From Octopus vulgaris (Eukaryota), in NCBI GenBank assembly GCA_951406725.2, contig OX597815.1, forward strand, positions 16,430,001 through 16,494,000: a stretch of 64,000 nucleotides of DNA. The letters run 5' to 3'. Below the pieces are notes generated by a model, which worked only from the letters and a program-made list of their open reading frames with translations, was not told the origin of the DNA and searched no databases. Positions within the stretch are counted from its first letter, which is position 1. Each line of letters opens with the position of its first letter. Of this stretch, positions 24,930 through 38,451 are shown piece after piece. The position numbers and the translations under genes are program-made.

Positions 24930-25736
24930 TATATTATGCATATACACGCACTCACACACAGGTACACATACGTACACGCATAAAAAGGATACGAGATACG
25001 AAAGTAAACAGTAATAAATGTAACAATTATATAAGAAGATTGTGTTAACGCTTAATATCGCGTCATAAAGGTCAAGTTTGGGTTAAAGTTAGTCTACCTC
25101 TCATCAGAGGCTTACTTTACTTAACTCCTCTCTGCCTTCTTACCCATATATTTACTAATCAACAAAACAACCAACCAACCGACCGACCGACCGACCGACC
25201 AACCAATCAATGTATTTACTCCCCACTGTCTATCAACCGAACTTTTACCTTATAGGCTTAGAACCTTCCAACTTTTGTTGAAAGTATTGGTCCCTCCCCT
25301 TCCTACAGGTATGATAATAGAATATATATTGACTGGTGTGGAGCTATTTAAAATCATACAGCTGGGTAATATGTTGGAAAATATGTTATTTGTTCAGCCA
25401 AGTCACGCCCTCTGTTGGTTAGAAATGATCTTGCATTCATGCTGCCAAAGAGAGAAGGGCACGTTTATTTCTTTTCATTCTCTAACTGTTAGATTAAACT
25501 AAACTAGGCCTTTAGGAAGTTGTATATGAATTATACGTTAAAAACAGAACCAGTTGGGGTCTGTGTCAGCAAAAATTATATACTGACGTTCATGAGTTTG
25601 GATTAGTTCTTATTCCTTATGAAGAGTATGTTAGTGGTGTCTCAAGATTGATACTTTGTGAGGAACGAAATAAACCCTTGCGCAAATGACTCAGTCACTC
25701 TTTCCCAGAACATCGACGCTCTGGAATTCCCTTCTT

Positions 25737-26298
25737 ATTTCTTTATTGTCCACAAAGGGATGGAAGCACTCCGTCGGTTACGACGATGAGGGTTCCGGTT
25801 GATCCGAATCAACGGAACAGCCTGCTCGTGAAATTAACGTGTAAGTGGCTGAGCACTCCACTGACACGTGTACCCTTAACGTAGTTTCTGGGATATTCAG
25901 CGTGACACAGAGAGTGACAAGGCCGGCCCCTTGAAATACAGGTACAACAGAAACAGGAAGTAAGAGTGAGAGAAAGTTGTGGTGAAAGAGTACAGCAGGG
26001 ATCACCACCATCCCCTGCCGGAGCCTCGTGGAGCTTTAGGTGTTTTCGCTCAATAAACACTCACAACGCCCGGTCTGGGAAACAAAGGGATAAACATAGA
26101 GGGAACAAACAAAGACAGACAAAGGGATTAAGTCAATTACATCGACCCCAATGTGTAACTGGTACTTAATTTATCGACCTCGAAAGGATGAAAGGCAAAG
26201 TCGATCTCTGCGGAATTTGAACTCAGAACGTAACGGCACACGAAATACCGCTAAGCATTTCGCCCGGTGTACTAACGTTTCTGCCAGCTTGTCGCCTT
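25737..26298 (-). mobile_element. SINE family A interrupted by a 5'-truncated SINE family C (25762-26081)
   Basis: Outer TSD TCTGGAATTCCCTTCTT; inner TSD ACAAAGGGAT. Confidence 0.85.
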
Positions 26299-26632
26299 TC
26301 TGGAATTCCCTTCTTGCTCATATCTTACCCGAAGTAGATGACTTATAAAGGTTCAAGGAGGACATTAATAACACCAGTCACCTCTAAATTCCTTGTAATT
26401 TTCAAAATTAATTCAAACATTTAAGAAGTGTACTTCGGTTGAAATGCAATTACAAAAGGGTTATGAAATAAGATGGGTTCCAAGTGTAAGGGATCTTCAC
26501 CAAATTGGTGATAATTCGACTTATATATAGTAAGGTACCATCCTATAGTAAGGTAGAAAATTTAAGACAATAGTAACAGATCAGAGGGAACTGCTAATGT
26601 CACGTATCTCGTGTTGTCTTCTAATAGTATAG

Positions 26633-27014
26633 GATGGAAGCACTCCGTCGGTTACGACGAGGGTTCCGGTTGATCCGATCAAACGGAACAGCCTGCTCGT
26701 GAAATTAACGTGTAAGTGGCTGAGCACTCCACAGACACGTGTACCCTTAACGTAGTTCTCAGGGATATTCAGCGTGACACAGAGAGACAAGGCCGGCCCC
26801 TTGAAATACAGGTACAACAGAAACAGGAAGTAAGAGTGAGAGAAAGTTGTTGTGAAAGAGTACAGCAGGGATCACCACCACCCCCTGCCGGAGCCTCGTG
26901 GAGCTTTAGGTGTTTTCGCTCAATAAACACTCACAACGCCCGGCCTGGGAATCGAAACCGCGATCCTACGACCGCGAGTCCGCTGCCCTAACCACTGGGT
27001 CATTGCGCCTCCAC
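26633..27014 (-). mobile_element. SINE family C, full length
   Basis: 13-bp TSD TCTAATAGTATAG; tRNA-like head. Confidence 0.9.
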
Positions 27015-27293
27015 TCTAATAGTATAGACAGATGGCTAAACCACACAATGTCATGATGGCCTGGTCAAATAAAAAGAAGGGATTAATTTGAAGCCATTTT
27101 ATAACGCCAATAAAAGTTACCATCTTGAATATTTATTTAGTGGTTCGTTCATCACTACTTCAGAAAGTATATTGAAGGCTGTGCTTCGCTGGTGAGATCA
27201 TATTAAAATCGAAAAATATCTGGAATTGTTTGTCGTACTTGCTAGAAACAAACTGCTCTTAGTCATTGACTAATATTGTTTTTTACTCTCATC

Positions 27294-27670
27294 GTGGAGG
27301 CGCAATGGCCCAGTGGTTAGGGCAGCGGACTCGCGGTCATAGGATCGCGGTTTCGATTCCCAGACCGGGCGTTGTGAGTGTTTATTGAGCGAAAACACCT
27401 AAAAGCTCCACGAGGCTCCGGCAGGGGATGGTGGTGATCCCTGCTGTACTCTTTCACCACAACTTTCTCTCACTCTTACTTCCTGTTTCTGTTGTACCTG
27501 TATTGTACCTTGTCACTCTCTGTGTCACGCTGAATATCCTCGAGAACTACGTTAAGGGTACACGTGTCTGTGGAGTGCTCAACTACTTACACGTTAATTT
27601 CACGAGCAGGCTGTTCCGTTGATTCGGATCAACCGGAACCCTCATCGTCGTAACCGACGGAGTGCTTCCA
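27294..27670 (+). mobile_element. SINE family C, near full length
   Basis: 13-bp TSD TTTTACTCTCATC; A box TGGCCCAGTGG, B box GTTTCGATTCC. Confidence 0.9.
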
Positions 27671-28234
27671 TTTTACTCTCATCATATTTTTCTTTCTGGT
27701 AAGTTTTTTTTTATGTTCCATGTATTAGATACATTAATACTAACTTAAGCATTGATATTTTATTTTATTATTTAATAAATAAGGGTTTCCTACATTATAT
27801 CGACCGCAGTACTTGACTTACCTTAACTTCCCCGGAAGGATGAAAGGAAAAGTTACCCCGATGAGATTTGAACTCACTACGTAAAGGGAGTGACTTAATA
27901 CAATATGTTTTGACTAGTACTCTACCAATTCTGCCAAATTTCAATGATTGAAGATATTTAGACAAGTAAGTAGCGAAACAATTCAAAAATCATTTAATAG
28001 AGATAATTAAAATACTAAAAAAGAGATGGATATTTAGTTAAGAGAGTGCCATTGTGGATAAGGACATTACTAACATTGGTTCAGCAATAGAGGCTCCTGG
28101 TTCGAATCCAACTTGTGTCCATGTACACATGACATCTAATGACGATCGGAAAAGCAAACCAACCGAAATGTAATGTAGATATCATACAGTAAAATTATAC
28201 TCCAAAGTTTTCACATTTTAGCATAAAGCATCCG

Positions 28235-28600
28235 ACAGCAGGTGTGGTTCCGGGTTCAGTTCCCCTGCGTGGCACCTTGAGCAAGTGTCTTCAATAATAG
28301 CCTCGGATCGATCAAAGCTTTGTGAATGGATTTGGTTGACGGAAACTGAAAGAAGCTTGTCGTATGTGTGTGTGCTTGTGTGTGTGTGCTTGCGTGTGTG
28401 TGTGTGTTTTTCCCCTAACACCGCTTGACAACCGGTGTTGGTATGTTTATGCCTCTATAACTTAGCGTTTCGTCAAAAGAGGTCGATAGAATAAGTACTA
28501 AGCTTTAATAAAAGTCCTGTGGTCAACTTGTTCGTCTATAACCCTTCAAGGCTGCGCCCCAGGATGGCTGCAGTCAAAAGACTGAAAGAAGTGAAAGAAA
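28235..28600 (+). mobile_element. SINE family B, diverged
   Basis: Homologous to 41580-42010. Confidence 0.75.
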
Positions 28601-28997
28601 AAAAAGAAAGAAAAAACGGAAAACAAACCATTTGATACGTAGAGTAATTATAATACAGTAAATAAATTTATTCACTAAAGTTTTAATTTTAATAACAAGT
28701 CATCATAAGACATTTTCATATTTAATCATATTTCGTCTGCATTGATCGTTCATTATTATTAAAATCGTCGAATGATCTTCTCCATTTCTCCTTTCTTTCT
28801 CTTCTTTCTCACTCTTTCTGGTTCTTATTATTGTGTAATCCTCACATTTCCAAATTCTGCCTTATGCACTTTGCTATCTGTTCTATTTCTAACCCTTTAT
28901 CATCTCTCTCTGTCAATCCATCTATCTGTTTGTCTGTCTATCTGTCTTTCACTCTCTCATTCTTCTCCTCTCTCTCTCTGTTATATATATATATATA

Positions 28998-29076
<79 letters not shown>

Positions 29077-29119
29077 ACATACATACTTATATACACACAC
29101 ACACACACACATATACATA

Positions 29120-30870
29120 CTTGCTGATGTACCCAGTAATTTCCAGAAGAGCGGAGCTTATCCCTTGGTTCCGTTCTCATAATTGTTTCGCTAATCCAGT
29201 AACAATTCAAAGTGTGTAGCCCTTAAAACAGTTTTTGTGCATTTACAGAGAATACCGAACTGTCTTACACGGGATCTTGTTTTTAGGAATTCCCAATAAG
29301 TTATGAATACCCAAATTGTGAAGTCAGTTACGTAATAACATGAAATTAGTTACCCGATAGTTAGAATTCAAATAAAGTATCCCCGAAAACAGCTTTAATG
29401 CGGTTGTCAGGTGGTGGTAAGGGACAAACACACACACACACAAGCGCGCGCACACACACACACACACAAACACGAAGTATATAGAACTTAGGAGAAAATA
29501 CCAATAAGGTATGTATACCAAAATCGGGAAGCATGTTACGTAATAACAGGCTAATCAGATATGAAATAATAACAATTCAAAGTGAATAACTCTGAAAAGG
29601 GCGTTCCCAGATAATATTACCCTCAGGGGCGCTAGTGCTGAAATAGATTTACAATGAATGTAAAAACAGACTGACTCTTGAGCATCCCACATAAAGTTGG
29701 CCATGGGAGAAAACTGGTTCTGCAATGTTCAGACCTACAACGTTCAAGGACTGCCTCTGGGCCTTGTTAATGCTCATTGCAAAGCTCAGTTTCAACGGGA
29801 ATTGCAGGCGCTTGTACTGTAAAGGAATTTCCGAGGGAATAAGTGAAATTCTAGGAATGAATACCGGCTCACCACTTGCTTTACTAGTCAAAATTGTTGT
29901 CTCCAAGAGTGTTGGCATCATCTTCTTTATTATAAGTTGTGTGCTGTTGAAAAGCTTTGGTGCATCGAGGTTTCGAAGCAGCATAACGGGTGCCCCAATC
30001 TTGAGGTGCAAGTTGTGAGGTGGGAGGCCAGGTGGTGTTAGACTATTCAAGAATTCAACTGGATAATTCACAGCTTCATCAACGTTGAGTACAGTGTCAA
30101 TGGAATTATAGATGTGAGGCTCATCTGGCAACTGTTCCAGGAGTTTAAAGTTCAAATCATCAACTGCCACATTCTTTAGAGCTAAAATGGCACAGGTTTT
30201 CAGCCAGTTGTGGTCTGTAAACTGATTGTTCTGGTTAGCAAACACCTTATATATAGTTCAGAAATTCAGACTCAGAAACCTGGCTTCACCAACTTAATTT
30301 CACAAACTTGGATTCGTAACTCTGGATTCACAAATTTTGGTTTCACCAAAATTGGCCTCACATAAAACCTGGCCTCACAAATTTGGTTTTCAAAAAATAT
30401 GGATTCCGAAAATTTGGATTTCATAAATTTAAGCTTCACGAATTCGGTTTTCGAACCTTAGATTGCGAACCTTGGACCCAGATGTGACACGGAAATTATT
30501 TTAAAACTGACAAGCAAAACGTTCCGGCTAATTCCTGGAGCATAAAATAATTCCATAAATGCCTAACACAAAGCACGAAGTGCATAAACTAAACAGGCAA
30601 TCACAGCTTCCAGAATCCAATTGAACATTGTCTCACAGAAAAAAAACTCACAAAAAACTGGGGGTACAATTATCTCTGCTTATAACGGTTAGCTAAGGTC
30701 TAGCCATTTTGTTAGAGTTTCACAGTTTGACTATTAACACCTAGTTTCCCCCATTTTCCCAATGGACTTCACACTGACCTTACAGTACAGCAGGAAAAAT
30801 TGTCTGTTTACCTGTTTAACTTAACATTATACGATAAAACGTCTTTATCGTTTTTATTAATTTCCTAACA
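29120..30870 (-). mobile_element. Helitron remnant (boundaries approximate)
   Basis: Contains a helicase fragment; degenerate 3' hairpin and CAAG|T end near 29120; about 20-nt AAACTTGGATTCAC-type tandem repeats at 30270-30480. Confidence 0.6.
29649..30245 (-). pseudogene. Helitron RepHel PIF1-family helicase C-terminal fragment
   Basis: YPVEFLNSLTPPGLPPHNLHLKIGAPVMLLRNL; RLQFPLKLSFAMSINKAQ; VFSHGQLYVGCSRV. Confidence 0.92.
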
Positions 30871-30960
30871 ATATATATACATACATATATACATATATAC
30901 ATATATATACATATAAATCTATATATATACATGTATATATGTACATCTATACATCTACAG

Positions 30961-30996
<36 letters not shown>

Positions 30997-31027
30997 ATAT
31001 TTATATATATATATATATATATATATA

Positions 31028-31300
31028 CTTTATTTAAAAACAGCAGAAATATAACAAAAGCAGAAATATTACTCAGAGTTTCATGTTCCCGTCATCGGAC
31101 AGTTTTGTTAAAATAGAACAGAATATAACGATATAATCTAAACAGTTTTGATTATATCGTTATATTCAGTTCCATTTTAACAAAACTGTCCGACGAACGG
31201 GAACATGAAACTCTGAGTAACAGCTTTTGTTATATTTCTGCTGTTTTTAAATAAAGCATATTACTCTACCTCTAGTATTTGAGTACTCCTTTTTTCTATT
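31028..31300. mobile_element. Fold-back PLE-type element next to (TA)n with minimal hammerheads (31186-31223 +; about 31069-31102 -)
   Basis: Arms about 31028-31139 and 31148-31256; ctgt-CCGACGA-acgggaacat-GAAA-ctctgag-TA-acag. Confidence 0.75.
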
Positions 31301-31379
31301 AAATAAGCTGCGGTATACTATAGAAGGCTTTGGTAATGGAAGTTTTAATGTTGTTAGCGTAGGGTGGGTTGCACCAACA

Positions 31380-32280
31380 TATCTAGTGTTTCCTGGGTTC
31401 GCTGTTGTTTGTTATTGCACGACTAGTCCTAGGGTTTGGTTTGTTAGCGGAAGGCTTGGGTTTCAAGGGTTCACCGCGAGCTCCTCGTCCATCTTTGCTA
31501 TTAATCGATCGAAGAATTTAGTAGTTGTTACATGTATGGGTGGCATGATTATTTCTAGAATTTCTAAAGTATTACTATCACTTGTTGGCGGAATAAAAGC
31601 GTACAAGATCTTTTAAATTTGGTGTTATTGTGATAGGATATTGTTTCATCATAAACACTTCTTTTAAAGGTTTGGTTATGATATCCAGCATGGTTTTGGA
31701 AGATAGTTTGCTTAGCAGAAAAGTTAGACATGTTTTTAGTGATTTTATTCCAAACAGAATGGATTACAAGAGGATCTATAGATATAATGTAAGTTTTCGT
31801 TGGGTTTATAGTAGGGGCGGAATGTTTTTATACTTCAGTCAAGAGTTAAGTCGAGAAAGTTTACTGTAGTAGTGCTCTTTTCGCAGGAGTTAGGTTAAAA
31901 TTTTGGTAAAATTTGCGTAGTTTCTTTTCTGGTGTTTCGCGGGGACGAGTGGAATGATCAACTTCAGTAAGGAGAGCGTCGTTTCGATATAGATCTCCCC
32001 CAATATATGGGAAGAGTTCATCTTGGAGATATAAGCTTACGAGGTCTGCTTGACTAGATTGAGAAAGGCAACTTAAGTAATATCGGGAATATCAAATTCT
32101 ATAATAGAATGCAATCCATTTCAGCAGTAACTCAAAGATATTATCAACCGGATTCAAAAATGAGATAAACTACATTTAATTGCGGACAAAACTGGTAATA
32201 TTTACTTCTTAGAACCAAACACATATCTCGAATTCATTAGAAAGGAGCTCAATAAGAACTATAAAAAACGTGTAAATATA
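31380..32280. mobile_element. Penelope-like RT remnants in opposite orientations
   Basis: Minus strand (about 31660-31840): FRPYYKPNENLHYIYRSS...MSNFSAKQTIFQNHAGYHNQTFKRSVY. Plus strand (about 32130-32270): LIADKTGNIYFLEPNTYLEFIRKELNKNYKK. Confidence 0.65.
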
Positions 32281-32294
32281 ACTTTTAACTGGGA

Positions 32295-33115
32295 CATGTA
32301 AAGTATTAATACCTATTATTTTGTTTTTCACATTGAGCTCTGTCTTAAGTATTAATCTAACTCATCTACTGTATTCCTTCCTTATCTTCTCTTTTATTTG
32401 TGTGTGTTGAACCTATCTAGTTCATTGATTCCTAAGTATTTCTATATCTGGGTTTCTATATCTTGTCTTATTCTCTTTATCTAGTGTGACATTGTTACTC
32501 TTAACTAGCATTCCTCTCTTTTTAAGGTTGCTTTGGTATATTTTTCTAAGCCGAATTTCACGTTTATTTCTTTAGTAAATCCATGCACATTTGCAGCATA
32601 CAGTTTTAGGTCATCCATATATGAGGTGGCTGATTGTTTTTCCGTAGCAGTTGTATCCACAACAAGTTCTGTTTAGCATGTCAGTTAAAGGCCTCAGTGC
32701 CAGACAGAAAAGGAGTGGAGAGACTCCTTGGATTATTCCTCTTCTCATGAGGATGGCTTTAGTTCTTATGAGTCGCTCTTTCGTTTGGAGCTGCAGAACT
32801 TTATTGCTATTTATTCATGGCATGTTTAATATGTTTTACTATAGGTGGTGCTCTCATGTCCATAGCTAGTGTTTTCAAGATCTATGTGTGGGGGGTACAG
32901 TCAAAAGCCTTTCGGTAATCGATCGAAGACACATTTAGATCCTTCTTTTTCTTTCGGTTGTCTTCAGTTATGGTTTTATTGATCAATAACTGATCTTTAC
33001 AGCCATGAATTTTTGCAGCATTCCTTTTGTTCTTCTGGAAACAGGTCGCTTTCTCCTAGATGTCTACCCATTCTCTGTGACATTGTTGCACCAATTGTAC
33101 TGCACTCAGTAGACT
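32295..33115 (-). mobile_element. Non-LTR retrotransposon RT fragment, R4/Dong-like
   Basis: Degenerate GCKDQLLINKTITED, GIIQGVSPLLFCLALRPLT, YMDDLKLYA, KFGLEK and KYLGINE motifs. Confidence 0.75.
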
Positions 33116-34987
33116 CCAGATCTACGCTAATTGCAGGTTCTGAGTAAGGTGAAAAATAAACAAATAACAACGGATGGAATGTGGTTCACTCATTACAGCT
33201 GTTTCAGACGTGCTTTTTTTATTGATGAATAGAATTATTGCATCATGCGAAATAAATTTTTCATCAGGTGAATATATGCACGAATTATATATTTCAAAGC
33301 AGTTTAAAAAATCCAAGTATGTGCCATTGCATGACTCTTTGCCGAACTTCGGTCAGAGAGTGATTTAATTTCTTAAGTCTGGAGTTTATAAAGGAGAATC
33401 ATTTAGGTGACTGGAACGGGGAGGGAAGCGAAAAGTTATCATAGGGGATGAAAATTTGATATCATACTCTACCTCGTAAAGGATAAAGTTATTTTATTTT
33501 ATTTTTAATCTATAAATAGCTGAACAACAGAGTTCCCGTCAAAAACTCATCAAAAGATAATACGAATCTACAGCAGGGAAATATATCATAATAAACCCTC
33601 ATACATGCGTTTGTGTACAAAAATAAAAGGTCATATAATGATAAATCTACTTACATACACACACGCACATACACACACACACGCACGCACTCGCACATAC
33701 ACACACACAATATATACACTAGAAAATTTGAAGGTATGAAAACAGCGGTGGTTGCATGTACCTAGGGCCTAATTGTATTTATTTAGTAGTATTGAAGAGT
33801 TGTGTTTTAATATGTAGAATGCCTCTTTTAGGCATAACTTCCAGGCTGAGCGTTGACCTTGGTATGGAAGCTCTGGGTCTATTATGGACCATGACAAGAT
33901 ATATGGAATATTTCTATTTTTGAGATGTGACTGGCGCGGGTTGTGGATTTACTGTGTTTCCCGTATCTAAAAGAATTAAGATGCGCGGCATATCGCTGTT
34001 TAAAATTTATAGTTGATCCTATATATATGGTTGTAAAAGTGAGTAACGTGTTAAGGACGATGCATTTATAAATTACGCCAGAGCTTCTGCAATGGGTTTG
34101 TAGAGGGCAGATGGTCCCAGGACGGCAGTTACATTGTGGGGATTATTCTCAGGAGTGGAGGAGGTAGTACTGTCAGAGGAGAGGTTAGAGATGCGGTAGA
34201 TTAGTCTATGTTTCTCTCTGATTCCTCAATCCAGACTATCAAATTCGCCAGTACAATATACACATATGTCTATTTATAGAAATATGACCATTATATCTTA
34301 GTATTCTTCCCTTCCGTTTTGAGGTTTACTATTCTCTTTAGAATCCCCACTCCTCTATACCTTTTTCTGTACCCATCCCTTAGTGTCATTCTAACATATA
34401 ACCCCTCCTCATACTCCTCACACATATCCATTCCTTACATTTTGTCTCTCCCTATCCCTCCCCTACTCCTCTCCCATCCCTCTTCATAATATCTTGACCA
34501 CCAGCTAACACACCTTTTTTCAATTTCTTTCACTTTTTCACTTAAAAATTTTTTTTTCACATTTTCTCTTCTTGTTTCCATTTTCTCTTCTTACTTTCCT
34601 TCTTTCCTCACCTTTTCCTTTTGACCCTTCTCCTCATTTTAACATATACATATCTTCTCCCTCTCTATCCACTTAATACTACTACTACATTCTCAAATTT
34701 TCATTCACACCACAAAACCCTTTTGAATGAACACCACTCTCCACACTTTCCATTTGTGATGACAAAATATGAACTCCTATTGGAATTTACACACCATGGA
34801 CATGAAGCATTTCTACCACTTCTACACACCACTTTCCTTGGACAATAGAACTGCAACTATAACATATTTATATATTTTTCCTACTTTCATTCTCCTATTT
34901 CCCTCTATACTCCTCATTTCCATATATTTCCAAAATAACTTCTTATGTTGAACTCTCATATTTCCCTCTATTTAACCATCTGACATC

Positions 34988-35035
34988 GTCTCTGATGAAG
35001 GGATATCCCTAATATCCCAGAAACAGCTGTAAGAC
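34988..35035 (+). ncRNA. Minimal type I hammerhead ribozyme with intact core
   Basis: gtct-CTGATGA-a-gggata(tccctaa)tatccc-a-GAAA-cagctg-TA-agac; palindromic stem III ACAGCTGT, GUA cleavage triplet. Confidence 0.8.
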
Positions 35036-35247
35036 TATTTTTCTCTTTATAAATGTCCTGAAGATTCCACACAGCCTTGGCTTTGGCCTTGTTGTTTCAT
35101 TTTGTTTAACATATACATGATCATACAAGACCCGCATTAGACTCCTCACTCGTGTCATTATCGAACCGAGAGTTTAACTACGGTCCTTCCATAGCACTTA
35201 CATAGACTTACTTGCCACCTTGGGTCTTCTGGATACCAATACCTCTC

Positions 35248-35297
<50 letters not shown>

Positions 35298-35306
35298 ATG
35301 AGTGAC

Positions 35307-36135
35307 AATTAGAGTTTCGGATGCCGGGTTAAGGATCTCTTCATTTATTTTATGAAAAGGGAAAATTCTAAATTTTCCTTGTTCACAGGTGTCCAAATGA
35401 TCGCTGGATGGTATGCATCTAAGTGCGGGATGTTTTTATTTGATGTCTATGGTCTATGCACATTTACACGACAGTTAATTAATTTCGTTTTCGTTTCCTC
35501 GATATAACGTTCGTTGTATCGTGGGTATGTGATACAATACATCAGGTTTTTGCTTTTGCAGTTCATATTTGCATTCACTTTTAATTCTTTTCCATTCTCG
35601 AATTTTTTTTTGGCTCGTTCCTGTTCTATCAAATCACATGTCCCACATCGAGTCTTCATATTTGGTTACTTGCATCATTTCTTCCTCTGATGTGAATCTT
35701 GCTTTGGTTAGAAGTTTCTTGAGGTTTGATGGTTGCCTTCGGCTGTTGATTATTTGTTGTTCCTTGATTGTTTGTCGAAGACATAGGAACTGGTGTTGAA
35801 TTTGTAGAAGGCTTTGGCTGTTTGTAGAGTACTGTGGTTCTTGGGATCGTGAGTGATAACAAACGAGATATTTTTATGTTCATTTTTCCGTTTATCTTCA
35901 GTATGAGCGTTTTTTCTTCTTAGTGTAGAGATTGGGATATTTTTAGCTTCAGTTACTGCTTCGTCTATCAGTTTGGTGGGGTATTCTTATTATTTAAGGA
36001 ACAAGCCAAGTTCTGCAAGTTGTCATTCTCTTCTATTTGTCTCTGAAACTATTGTACATATTCGTCTTGCCATATTAAAGGGTATGTTCCATTTTGCATG
36101 GGAAGGATGACAAGATCCAAAGTCTAAATATTGGT
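35307..36135 (-). mobile_element. Penelope-like element 3' part (RT thumb, GIY-YIG) ending in a degenerate hammerhead
   Basis: HQYLDFGSCHPSHAKWNIPFNMARRICTIVSE; CGTCDLI...CKSKNLMYCITYPRYNERYIEET; ATGAAGA-gat...atc-c-GAAA-ctc at 35307-35348. Confidence 0.85.
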
Positions 36136-36246
36136 GTGTCATCTCTTTCCAAAGGTTTGTGTCTTCCGACTTTCTAAAAAGGTTCTTTTCTCAATCTTAA
36201 CTTTTTAAGAGAAAAAATATCTTCTCTGCAAATATCTATCTATCTG

Positions 36247-36325
<79 letters not shown>

Positions 36326-36404
36326 CTCGATATATATATATATGTATGTATATATATATATACACACACAGATAGACAGACAGACAGACAGATATATAGA
36401 TGTT

Positions 36405-36455
<51 letters not shown>

Positions 36456-36511
36456 TATGAATTGGTAATATCTGTAAATCGATGGTTGATAGGAAACTAT
36501 TCCTCCATTTT

Positions 36512-36566
<55 letters not shown>

Positions 36567-37039
36567 GTGTGTGTGTGTGTGTATGTGTGTGTGTGCGCGC
36601 GTGCTTGTGTGTCTGTGTGCATGCCTATACGTATATACGTATGTATGCATGTATATAATCGTGCGTGTTTTGTGATTTCGCACACAGGTTTATTATTTAT
36701 ACTGATTTTCTGTTTTCTTTGGATCCCTAGAATTATTTACACATCTTTTGTTGTCTGACTTCGTAACTATAATGTTTGGTTCACGGCCAGGTTACCGTCT
36801 GCCGACTGAAAACCTACCTTATTTATGGTTACCCACAATCGGAGGGAAAAGCTTCTTCTCGACGAAGGAAACAAACATTAAGAAGCCCTCAATAAGAAAA
36901 AAAAAAAAGAAGCTACTGTATCAAAGTTTCAGTAGTCTATCTATCGGTAGCTTTTGTTTCTTTTGAAACTTTCTTGTAAGAAGGAAAAAACTCGAGGTTA
37001 CATGCTATATCATTTGACAATAAAATCTGCAGATAACCT

Positions 37040-37195
37040 CTAGATAGAAGGGTTGACAGTCGATCGGATTTGTTGGCGGGAGTGGGTCAGCTGATCACGT
37101 AGATACATCAGTAACTAAACAGGAAATGACAAAACAAATATCTATTTGTGACGCCAGCGGAATTAACTGGTCTCGCTCTTCTTCTTCTTACAGCA

Positions 37196-37226
<31 letters not shown>

Positions 37227-37279
37227 CGAATGTAGAAGGAGGGCGGCGGCGCAGGTGGAGCGGCGATTAAGAAGAAAAG
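37040..37279 (+). promoter_or_regulatory. Candidate promoter / first non-coding exon of a plus-strand gene
   Basis: CpG-richer unique island with TTGGCGGGA (E2F-like), CAGCTG (E-box), CAGGAAAT (ETS-like), (CTT)n and an AAG|GTAAAG donor-like site at 37279/37280. Confidence 0.3.
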
Positions 37280-37385
37280 GTAAAGTGTTTCGATATCTCA
37301 TTCACACACACACACACTTGTGTGTGTGTGTGTACATATATGATTATAATGTAGTCGTCACATGTAATATGATGCATACAGTACT

Positions 37386-37386
<1 letters not shown>

Positions 37387-37434
<48 letters not shown>

Positions 37435-37462
37435 TGTTATTATTATCTATTATTATTATTAC

Positions 37463-37504
<42 letters not shown>

Positions 37505-37563
37505 CATTATTATTATTATTACTATTATTATTAATATTATTATTATTATTCTATTATTATTAA

Positions 37564-37596
<33 letters not shown>

Positions 37597-37619
37597 CATT
37601 ATTATTATTATTATTATTA

Positions 37620-37650
<31 letters not shown>

Positions 37651-37766
37651 CATTATTATTATTATTACTATTATTATTAATATTTTTATTATTATTATTA
37701 TTATTACTATTGTTATTATTATCATTATTATTATTATTATTATTATTTGTAATATTAATATTATTA

Positions 37767-37797
<31 letters not shown>

Positions 37798-37841
37798 CAT
37801 TATTATTATTATCATCATTATTATTATTATCATTATTATTA

Positions 37842-37872
<31 letters not shown>

Positions 37873-37912
37873 CATTATTATCATCATCATTATTATTATT
37901 ATTACTATTATT

Positions 37913-37946
<34 letters not shown>

Positions 37947-38021
37947 CTATTATTATTATTATTATTATCATTATTATTATTACTATTATTATTATTAACA
38001 TTATTATTATTATTGTTGTTG

Positions 38022-38051
<30 letters not shown>
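37387..38051. repeat. About 660-bp interrupted (TTA)n microsatellite
   Basis: Read directly from the sequence. Confidence 0.97.
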
Positions 38052-38052
<1 letters not shown>

Positions 38053-38451
38053 CCCTCTTCCCCTTCTCCTACTACTCCTCCTTGCCTCCCCTCCCCCTCC
38101 TCCTTGCCTCCCCTCCTCCTCTTCCATATTCTACTTTTCTTTCTTGTCTCTTCCTTTTGTCTTCTTGGTCCTTCCTCCTATGATATCTCTTTCAACCTTT
38201 CCATAACTCTTTGACGCGTATCAGAAAGATTGATTTACGTGAGAATCCGCTGTCTGTTCATGATTCCTCACAACGGCATATTTAAACAACGTGCTAATGG
38301 AAGGGTACATACGTAGGGGTGCACATTAATAAAAACATTTGGTCACTGCTCTCCGTCGCATAGCATGTGTTATGGCGAAACTGCGAAGCCATTTAAAAGA
38401 ACAAGTGTAAATCAGAAGATTACCATGGTTTATCAATATCAATGCTGGGCA

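Noticed and set aside
29649-30245. Host PIF1 gene
   Set aside because: The fragment is intronless, lacks the N-terminal motifs, has degenerate conserved residues and sits in a Helitron-like context.
37126-38183. Long poly-Leu/Ile ORFs
   Set aside because: They come from the (TTA)n microsatellite.
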